This document shows, one piece after another, positions 1 to 5,103 of a DNA stretch of 11,872 nt. Made by a program: the position numbers and the translations under genes. The notes beneath the pieces were generated by a model. The model made no database searches, was not told the DNA's origin, and saw nothing but the letters and a program-made list of their open reading frames with translations. The number at the start of each line of letters is the position of its first letter. Position 1 is the first letter of the stretch. Origin of the DNA: Candidatus Aenigmatarchaeota archaeon (GTDB taxonomy: Archaea > Aenigmatarchaeota > Aenigmatarchaeia > QMZP01); assembly GCA_038999435.1 (NCBI GenBank), contig JAVZYR010000018.1, positions 1-11,872 of the forward strand, written 5' to 3'.

Positions 1-48
1 TAGGAGAAGCGTGCCCGCGAGCGCTTTCTTCTTGAAAGAAAGGGCTCA
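1..48 (-). other. T-loop (59/60) intron of tRNA-Leu(CAG), partial; begins with module A
   Basis: After TTCGAA the sequence is TGAGCCCTTTCTTTCAAGAAGAAAGCGCTCGCGGGCACGCTTC..., matching the start of the Leu(TAG) and Glu(CTC) T-loop introns. Confidence 0.8.
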
Positions 49-66
49 TTCGAACCTGCGAAGGCA

Positions 67-97
67 ATGCTTGCAATCCGCGAAGCCGCGGATTGTA
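67..97 (-). other. 31-nt intron in the variable-arm loop of tRNA-Leu(CAG)
   Basis: GCTT-AG^T-ACAATCCGCG...CGCGGATTG-C-AAGC-AT^T: a 4-bp helix GCTT/AAGC between two 3-nt bulges. Removal restores the arm GGC-TTAGT-GCC. Confidence 0.82.
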
Positions 98-192
98 CTA
101 AGCCACACGGCCCTGAACCGTGCCCCTTTGACCACTCGGGCACCCCCGCATAACTATTTTTGATTTAATAAAAATAAGTGCGGGGGGTAGGA

Positions 193-239
193 TTCTCTCT
201 GGAAACCCTCAAGGTTTCCAGCCATCCGGGAGCTGTTTC
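193..239 (-). repeat. Module D1+D2 repeat (copies at 193-239, 854-900, partial 923-965, and 7991-8037 on the + strand)
   Basis: GRAACAGCTMCCGGATG-GCTGGAAACCTTGAGGGTTTCCAGAGAGAA. D2 is identical in all three full copies, and D1 differs by single substitutions. Confidence 0.95.
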
Positions 240-335
240 GTTTCGCTCACAACGCTTCCGGAAGCGGTAAGCTCCCTCACAAAGTCAGACATCATTCAGA
301 GCATTTATGCTCGGTGCGCGTCTGGCTTTGTGTTT

Positions 336-368
336 CCGCGAGCGCTTTCTTCTTGAAAGAAAGGGCTC
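336..368 (-). repeat. Module A hairpin repeat (copies at 15-47, 336-368, 695-727 and, lacking AAG, 7930-7959 on the + strand)
   Basis: GAGCCCTTTCTTTCAAGAAGAAAGCGCTCGCGG is identical in three copies and has a 3-nt deletion in the fourth. It folds as GAGC-C-CTTTCTT/AAGAAAG-C-GCTC. Confidence 0.95.
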
Positions 369-387
369 ATTCGAACCTACGAAGGCA

Positions 388-418
388 ATGCTCACATTTC
401 GCGATATTGCGAAACGTG
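388..418 (-). other. 31-nt intron in the variable-arm loop of tRNA-Leu(TAG)
   Basis: GCTT-AG^C-ACGTTTCGC-AATATC-GCGAAATGT-GAGC-AT^T: two 3-nt bulges around a 4-bp helix, with a 9-bp inner stem. Confidence 0.85.
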
Positions 419-486
419 CTAAGCCACACGGTCCTAAGCCGTGCCCCTTTGACCACTCGGGCACCCCCGCTACGCCCCGGCCGGGA

Positions 487-504
487 TTTTCTTACCAAAG
501 CGCA
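487..504 (-). other. 18-nt T-loop (59/60) intron of tRNA-Glu(TTC)
   Basis: GG-TTCA-AA^TGCGCTTTGGTA-AGAA-AA^T-CC, with TTC/GAA pairing. The exact register is ambiguous because AAAT flanks both ends. Confidence 0.78.
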
Positions 505-525
505 TTTGAACCCGGGTCTCCGGCT

Positions 526-562
526 CTCTTCTTTCATTGCAAAGGCTCAAACCTTTCGAAAA
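526..562 (-). other. 37-nt canonical (37/38) intron of tRNA-Glu(TTC)
   Basis: CTTT-CG^T-TTTCG...TGAAA-GAAG-AG^A-GCCGG, a BHB with central helix CTTT/GAAG. Confidence 0.85.
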
Positions 563-617
563 CGAAAGGCCGGTATACTTGACCGGACTATACTACCGGG
601 GCATGGGTCCGGCCGGA

Positions 618-628
618 TTTTCGAAATT
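618..628 (-). other. 11-nt T-loop (59/60) intron of tRNA-Val(GAC)
   Basis: GG-TTCG-AG^AATTT-CGAA-AA^T-CC: a perfect TTCG/CGAA helix in a bulge-helix-loop motif. Confidence 0.82.
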
Positions 629-672
629 CTCGAACCGGCGATTTCCGCGACGTCAACGCGGCGTCTTAACCA

Positions 673-726
673 TTTTGCAGGAATGTTCTTCTTTCCGCGA
701 GCGCTTTCTTCTTGAAAGAAAGGGCT
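673..726 (-). other. ~54-nt D-loop (about 15/16) intron of tRNA-Val(GAC), containing module A
   Basis: Insertion between GTCTAG and TGGTTAAGAC. Positions 692-727 are identical to 333-368. Boundaries are uncertain by about 1 nt and the outer BHB is weak. Confidence 0.72.
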
Positions 727-767
727 CTAGACCACGGACCCATATTTATTATTGTTTTTTCTTTTAA

Positions 768-838
768 TGGGCCTGCCCGGAATTGAACCGGGTTCTCTGC
801 TGTGTGAAAGCAGCGTCCTGCCTTTAGACTACAGGCCC
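768..838 (-). tRNA. tRNA-Val(CAC), intronless, 71 nt
   Basis: GGGCCTG-TA-GTCT-AAAGGCA-GGAC-G-CTGCT-TT CAC AC-AGCAG-AGAA-CCCGG-TTCAATT-CCGGG-CAGGCCC-A. Confidence 0.9.
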
Positions 839-853
839 TCGCCAGGGGCAGGA

Positions 854-997
854 TTCTCTCTGGAAACCCTCAAGGTTTCCAGCCATCCGGGAGCTGTTCC
901 GCTTCGCTCCACAACGCTTCCACTCTGGAAACCCTCAAGGTTTCCAGCCATCCGGGAGCTGTTCCGCTTCGCACGCTTTTTTGCCTTAAAGCGTGCA
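854..997 (-). other. 144-nt composite T-loop (59/60) intron of tRNA-Ser(CGA)
   Basis: TTCG-AA^TGCACG...AGAG-AA^T-CC. Its 3' 47 nt match the ends of the Leu(TAG) and Glu(CTC) introns, and it contains an internal 50-nt duplication. Confidence 0.85.
858..972. repeat. Perfect 50-nt direct repeat (858-907 and 923-972) inside the Ser intron
   Basis: ctctggaaaccctcaaggtttccagccatccgggagctgttccgcttcgc occurs twice, 15 nt apart. Confidence 0.95.
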
Positions 998-1066
998 TTC
1001 GAACCTGCACGGGCCGAAGCCCACTCGCTCTCGAGGCGAGCGCATTCACCATTCTGCCACCCTGGC

Positions 1067-1094
1067 AATTAATTATAAGATATTTAGATTTAAT
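1067..1094. promoter_or_regulatory. Putative back-to-back promoters for tRNA-Ser (-) and ncsA (+)
   Basis: A 28-nt, almost purely AT spacer between divergent starts, with TATA-like stretches on both strands and no Shine-Dalgarno sequence. Confidence 0.5.
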
Positions 1095-2012
1095 ATGAAA
1101 TGTGAATGCGGCAGAAAAGCAATCATACATCGCCATTACGAAGGTTCTGCGCTCTGCCCCCGACATTTTATTCTATCATTTGAAAAAAGGATAAAGAAAA
1201 CAATAAGAAGATACAATATGTTGAAATCAGGTGATAGGATTGCTGTAGCTATTTCTGGTGGTGCAGACAGCTTAAGCCTTCTGAATGTTATGCATAAAAT
1301 TGTTTCACCAAGGCATGATATGAATATGTTTGCGGTATGCATAGATGAGGGTATAAAGGGCTACAGGGATGTAACAATAAAAAGGGCAAAAAGATTTTGC
1401 AAAAGGCTTGGGATAGAATTACATATTGCAAGCTTTGCTGATACATTTGGAAGGACAATGGACCAAAAAGTTTCTGAAGTTGGAAAAGAAAATGCATGCA
1501 TGTATTGTAGCATAGGTCGGAGATGGCTATTAAACAGGACTGCACGGGAACTTGGTGCTACTCGAATTGCAACAGGACATAATCTAAATGATGAAGCAGA
1601 GACAATCCTGATGAATTGGATAAGAGGTGATATTGCAAGGGCTGCACGATATGGAGCAATTACTGATTTAACCCTTACAAAGACGAAAACAAAATTGCTC
1701 ATCCCAAAAATAAAACCACTAAGAGAGACGCCTGAAAATGAGTGCACACTCTATGCAAAACTTAAAAAAATGGGCACCACAAGGCGGGTATGTCCATACA
1801 AAAGTGGTATAAGGCGTGATGTGTGGATTTTTTTGAGAAAATTTGAGAAAAAGCATCCTGGAACAAACTTTTCTATTCTTCACACATTTGACAAAATCCT
1901 TCCTCTGCTAAGAGAATATTCAGAAAGTATTGAAGGACCTGTAATGACATGTGATAAATGTGGTGAAATTTCAGCACAACCTGTATGCAGGCGCTGTCAG
2001 TTATGGCCTTAA
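1095..2012 (+). CDS. ncsA: tRNA 2-thiolation protein, TtuA/Ncs6/NcsA family (PP-loop ATPase)
   Basis: N-terminal Zn finger (CEC...CPRH), PP-loop SGGADS, CMYC, GHNLND, KPLR...E, CPY and C-terminal CDKC...CRRC. Start moved to ATG 1095 because the upstream ORF part overlaps tRNA-Ser. Confidence 0.88.
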   Translation: MKCECGRKAIIHRHYEGSALCPRHFILSFEKRIKKTIRRYNMLKSGDRIAVAISGGADSLSLLNVMHKIVSPRHDMNMFAVCIDEGIKGYRDVTIKRAKRFCKRLGIELHIASFADTFGRTMDQKVSEVGKENACMYCSIGRRWLLNRTARELGATRIATGHNLNDEAETILMNWIRGDIARAARYGAITDLTLTKTKTKLLIPKIKPLRETPENECTLYAKLKKMGTTRRVCPYKSGIRRDVWIFLRKFEKKHPGTNFSILHTFDKILPLLREYSESIEGPVMTCDKCGEISAQPVCRRCQLWP

Positions 2013-2384
2013 CATTACCCTGCCTGCAATCCTCCAATAATCAATCTCCTGTCCTGCTGTGATTTTACCTTTAAGTTCTTCAGGTATGGTAACCTCGAAA
2101 ACAGAGTAGTCTGTCATATCCATAAGCTGTGCAATATTTTCAGAAACAGAAAGAACCTGGGCCTTTTTCTTTTCTATTACAGGTACCATCACAGTTGCTG
2201 ATGTTGGTTTTAGTATATAATGCCTTTTGTTATCAAAGAGCCCCATACACTCTATTCTTGCTTTTGTCGAGCCATGCTTTCCTGGCTTTGAAATTGTTAT
2301 TGAAACAACCCTACATGGCTCGCCATCTGCCATTACATAGTTTCCCTCATTTAGATCTTTGACAGGGACTGGTTTTTCTGCCAT
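2001..2384 (-). CDS. eif5a: Translation factor aIF5A
   Basis: Hypusination loop KPGKHGSTKAR, followed by IEKKKAQVLSV...QLMD; 127 aa. Overlaps the ncsA 3' end convergently by 12 nt. Confidence 0.96.
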   Translation of the reverse strand: MAEKPVPVKDLNEGNYVMADGEPCRVVSITISKPGKHGSTKARIECMGLFDNKRHYILKPTSATVMVPVIEKKKAQVLSVSENIAQLMDMTDYSVFEVTIPEELKGKITAGQEIDYWRIAGRVMLRP

Positions 2385-2408
2385 ATGATATTTTGCCTTA
2401 AACTATAT

Positions 2409-3314
2409 TTAAAGAAAAGGTGACAGGAGCAATGGGAGTATAACCGTTGCATCCCCTTCTATCGTTACATGTTTTGCTTTTGGGCTTATCTTTCCCCATG
2501 ATATCGCCTCTCTCGTTCTTGCACCTGAAAGGCTACCATCCCATTCTACTGCTGTTGTGACATAAACTGCTGCATCAAGCCCACCTGAAAATTGAGACCA
2601 CCATATCACATGATGTTTTGAGATACCACCACCTACAATCAGCGCGCCTTTTTTTTCTTTTCCTAACATCTTTGAAAGAAGGAATTTTTCATCAAGCCAA
2701 ACATCGACATTAAAATCTGGCCTATCTTGTCTGAAAAGGGTTATCTGAAAGCCAACTGCACCATCTGTTATACCTGGCACAATGACGGGTATTTTATTTT
2801 TCCATGCCCAATATAATATCGAATCCTTATTCAATTGCTTGCCAATTTCCCAGCAAAGCTCATATGTAGAAAGGGTCTTTTTTTCTTTGTAAATCTGTTC
2901 CAATATTGGCTGAAGCCTTTTCTCAATAATTTCACCATAGCTTTTATCTGGAACAAATATGTTGCCAAGCCTTGATATGCCTTCTTTTCTTAACTTTACA
3001 TCATCTGCCATAAAACTGCCTTGAAGATATGGCCTAAAGCTACGTGCCAAATCGTGGTCTATTGTACCGCATGTTGTAATGATAAGATTAAAAAGCCCTT
3101 TTTTGACACAATCTTTAATGAGCCCTCTAATACCTGTTGCAACAATGCAGGCAGGAAATGATAGCACCCTTATATCATAGCGAGATATATCTTTCAATGT
3201 ACTAAAACCATCTGCAATTCCTTTTGCTACAAACCCACCTGCCTTTTTGTATTCTTCTAAAAGTTGTTCTATTGTAGTTTGTCTATTTATGGATATGTCA
3301 TTTACCTTTTTCAT
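2409..3314 (-). CDS. dys: Deoxyhypusine synthase
   Basis: Motifs RLGNIFVP, PGITDGAVG, GGGISKHH and DGSLSGARTREAISWGK (catalytic Lys); adjacent to aIF5A. Confidence 0.96.
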   Translation of the reverse strand: MKKVNDISINRQTTIEQLLEEYKKAGGFVAKGIADGFSTLKDISRYDIRVLSFPACIVATGIRGLIKDCVKKGLFNLIITTCGTIDHDLARSFRPYLQGSFMADDVKLRKEGISRLGNIFVPDKSYGEIIEKRLQPILEQIYKEKKTLSTYELCWEIGKQLNKDSILYWAWKNKIPVIVPGITDGAVGFQITLFRQDRPDFNVDVWLDEKFLLSKMLGKEKKGALIVGGGISKHHVIWWSQFSGGLDAAVYVTTAVEWDGSLSGARTREAISWGKISPKAKHVTIEGDATVILPLLLSPFL

Positions 3315-4083
3315 AAAAATGATAACTTAATATTTTTTTAAAAAGGTTTGCAGCAGTGCATGCAGTAATGCATCCAACCTTATCAGCTGAACATTCAACG
3401 ATGTCAAAACCAATTATACCAAGTCGGCATATCCTTTTTATCATATTAAGCATATCTGTATAGCCAAGTCCTGCAGGCTCTGGTGTGCCTACATCAGGTG
3501 CTATGCTTGGGTCAAGGACATCAAGATCGATTGTAAGATAGACAGGTCCCTTTTTTGGTAGACCTACAATTGCTGGCCTTTCCTCTTCATTCCATGCCCT
3601 ACATGAAGGCTGATAAACATCACACATCTTTGATGCATGCCATGCCCATGTTAGATGCGCAAATTTATTTCCCATCCAATCGGGTAGCATATCTCTGTGT
3701 GCATCCATATGCACAACTGTTTTTGGTTTTAATGCCTTGATTATAGCAAGGGTTACAAGATGGTCTCCTCCAAAAAATACTGGTAAGCCACTGCTCTGCT
3801 CTCTTGCTTCTTTTATCGTCTCGATAATTCTCTCCTCTGTTATCGCCCAATCACCCTGCACAATATCAACATCTCCAAGGTCACAGAATTTTAGCTTTAG
3901 CGGATTGAATTGCATTTTTGTGTCGAAACCAATAAGACCTTTTATTGCCTCCCTAATTAGCACAGGGCCATATCTTGTTGGTCTCCCTGTTGATGTAGAA
4001 TCCCATGGTATGCCAAGAATCCATACATCTGCCTCTTTCAGGGGCCATTCAAAATCAAATGTTTTCTTTGTATAGAGCATCAT
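3298..4083 (-). CDS. speB: Agmatinase / ureohydrolase-family protein
   Basis: Metal-binding motifs GGDH, DAHRD, TIDLDVLDP and GTPEPAG, plus N-terminal GIPWDSTS...YGP. Confidence 0.88.
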   Translation of the reverse strand: MMLYTKKTFDFEWPLKEADVWILGIPWDSTSTGRPTRYGPVLIREAIKGLIGFDTKMQFNPLKLKFCDLGDVDIVQGDWAITEERIIETIKEAREQSSGLPVFFGGDHLVTLAIIKALKPKTVVHMDAHRDMLPDWMGNKFAHLTWAWHASKMCDVYQPSCRAWNEEERPAIVGLPKKGPVYLTIDLDVLDPSIAPDVGTPEPAGLGYTDMLNMIKRICRLGIIGFDIVECSADKVGCITACTAANLFKKILSYHFYEKGK

Positions 4084-4655
4084 TTCATTATCCTTTCTTT
4101 TACAGAGTTGAAATGTGATACAATGTCTTCGGGTTTCATTGAATGTAGATATTCAGAGAAATACCTTTTGTACTTTTCAGGTTCTGTCTTCATCTTTTCA
4201 GCCCACTTTGCGATATGCTCACCTCTTAATCTCTCCTCACTTGGCAGTATCTCAGGTGAATGAGGAATAGCAATGCCTGCATCCAAAATGCCCTTCAGCA
4301 CAGCATATATCCTCGTGCCTTTTACATTATCATAAAGGCCTGTATCTAAAATGCCTCTTTTTATTCCCTTTTCTTTTGCCCTTTTGCCTACAAGAAGGCC
4401 GACAAGATATGCAGCTGGTATGTTTCCGCATGCAACCTTCCATCCAAACTGCTTTAATTGGCATGAATGTGCACTTGTAATGACAATATCACCCTCCGTT
4501 CTATGCTCAATGACCTGGCATAAAATGTTTCGATTTGACCTTCTTACAACAAACCTTGGTAGACCTGATTTTAGAAGCTTTAACCTTGTTCTGTAATCTG
4601 TTTTTCCTTCTCTTCTTCTCCTATGCGGAACGCGATACTTTGGCCCTCCTTTCAT
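4080..4655 (-). CDS. rpl18: 50S ribosomal protein L18 (uL18, archaeal type)
   Basis: GPKYRVPHRRRREGKTDYRTRLKLL, GNIPAAYLVG, RLRGEHI; AGGTGAG ribosome-binding site upstream. Confidence 0.96.
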   Translation of the reverse strand: MKGGPKYRVPHRRRREGKTDYRTRLKLLKSGLPRFVVRRSNRNILCQVIEHRTEGDIVITSAHSCQLKQFGWKVACGNIPAAYLVGLLVGKRAKEKGIKRGILDTGLYDNVKGTRIYAVLKGILDAGIAIPHSPEILPSEERLRGEHIAKWAEKMKTEPEKYKRYFSEYLHSMKPEDIVSHFNSVKERIMK

Positions 4656-5103
4656 GTTTGCTCACCTTTTTTGCCTTTATCATATCAGCTTTTCTTGCAT
4701 ATAATAGAAGGTGTTGCTTTGTTCTGAAAGCACCACCTTTTGCCATTTTATAAAGCTTATTATATGCCTCCTTTGATATCATGTCCTTTGCTCTCAAATC
4801 TGATAAAAGTCGGCGAAGGGCCCTTATCCTTTTTATCCATTGCTGTTTCTTGACTGCACGGACCCCTTTTCTGCTTCCTGGCCCTTTACGTCTCCCTCGT
4901 TGTTTTTGTTCTGTCCTTTTTTTAGAGAATGCTTTAGATGTTCCCTTTGCCTGAATTTTGTAGATAATACCTTTTCTAATAAGCCTTCTTATATCCTCCC
5001 TTGTAAGCGCTTCTGCTACTTCTTTTTCAGATTTTATCCTAACCCTTGATATACCGCATTTGAGTATCTGTGCAGCAATTCTTTTTTGAGCAAGATATGC
5101 CAT
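4621..5103 (-). CDS. rpl19e: 50S ribosomal protein L19e
   Basis: QKRIAAQILKCGISRV, TREDIRRLI, GRRKGPGSRKG, WIKRIRALRR, LYKMAKGGAF; GGAGGTGA ribosome-binding site. Confidence 0.96.
   Translation of the reverse strand: MAYLAQKRIAAQILKCGISRVRIKSEKEVAEALTREDIRRLIRKGIIYKIQAKGTSKAFSKKRTEQKQRGRRKGPGSRKGVRAVKKQQWIKRIRALRRLLSDLRAKDMISKEAYNKLYKMAKGGAFRTKQHLLLYARKADMIKAKKVSKHERRAKVSRSA

Larger units (their letters stand above)
1..149 (-). tRNA. tRNA-Leu(CAG), two introns (variable arm and T-loop); 3' part lies outside the window
   Basis: Minus strand reads GCGGGGG-TG-CCCGAGTGGTCAAAGGG-G-CACGG-TT CAG GG-CCGTG-TGGCTTAG[31-nt intron]TGCCTTC-GCAGG-TTCGAA[intron running off the window]. Near-identical to the adjacent Leu(TAG). 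Confidence 0.9.
193..369 (-). other. 177-nt composite T-loop (59/60) intron of tRNA-Leu(TAG): modules A-B-C-D1-D2
   Basis: GG-TTCG-AA^T...AGAG-AA^T-CC, a relaxed BHB junction. Internal hairpin modules are shared with the Ser(CGA), Glu(CTC), Leu(CAG) and Val(GAC) introns. Confidence 0.85.
179..470 (-). tRNA. tRNA-Leu(TAG) with a 31-nt variable-arm intron and a 177-nt T-loop intron
   Basis: Acceptor GCGGGGG/CCCCCGC+A, anticodon arm CACGG-CT TAG GA-CCGTG, T-stem GTAGG/CCTAC. 292-31-177 = 84 nt mature without CCA, normal for a type II tRNA. Confidence 0.93.
473..602 (-). tRNA. tRNA-Glu(TTC) with a canonical 37/38 intron (526-562) and an 18-nt T-loop intron (487-504)
   Basis: Acceptor GCCCCGG/CCGGGGC+G, anticodon arm CCGGC-CT TTC G^...^A-GCCGG, T-stem CCGGG/CCCGG. 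130-37-18 = 75 nt, the same as Glu(CTC). Confidence 0.9.
604..741 (-). tRNA. tRNA-Val(GAC) with a ~54-nt D-loop intron and an 11-nt T-loop intron
   Basis: Acceptor GGGTCCG/CGGACCC+A, D-stem GTCT/AGAC, anticodon arm CCGCG-TT GAC GT-CGCGG, T-stem GCCGG/CCGGC. About 73 nt mature. Confidence 0.88.
840..1066 (-). tRNA. tRNA-Ser(CGA) with a 144-nt T-loop intron (854-997)
   Basis: Acceptor GCCAGGG/CCCTGGC plus G discriminator, anticodon arm CTCGC-CT CGA GA-GCGAG, variable arm GGGC-TTCG-GCCC, T-stem GCAGG/CCTGC. 227-144 = 83 nt. Confidence 0.93.

Noticed and set aside
1..149. Split (trans-spliced) tRNA half
   Set aside because: The missing 3' part is explained by the window edge. The paralogous Leu(TAG) is contiguous.
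278..332. Box C/D-like words (CTGA, ATGATG, CTGA) in module B
   Set aside because: The boxes abut each other with no guide-length spacing, and the last CTGA lies in the stem, so this is not a C/D sRNA layout.
190..372. GAAT/AAAT on both sides of the T-loop inserts read as a target-site duplication or prophage att site
   Set aside because: Adequately explained by the symmetric AA^T bulges of the splice motif. It is imperfect in Glu(CTC) and Val(GAC), and there is no integrase or transposase in the window.
858..972. CRISPR-like repeat-spacer reading of the 50-nt direct repeat
   Set aside because: Only two copies with a 15-nt gap that is itself a shared module, located inside a tRNA, with no cas genes in the window.
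993..1094. N-terminal extensions of ncsA (993), PAC2 (7963) and the phosphoesterase (8005)
   Set aside because: All three run through tRNA genes. Family-like sequence begins at ATG 1095, 7831 and 8095.
307..1166. ORFs 307-582, 314-715, 537-767, 752-1072, 829-1068 and 870-1166
   Set aside because: They overlie the GC-rich tRNA cluster and its introns, and show no recognisable protein motifs.
2391..2402. 12-nt match ttttgccttaaa between the aIF5A upstream region and the Ser intron (979-990)
   Set aside because: A short AT-rich match is expected by chance in 12 kb.
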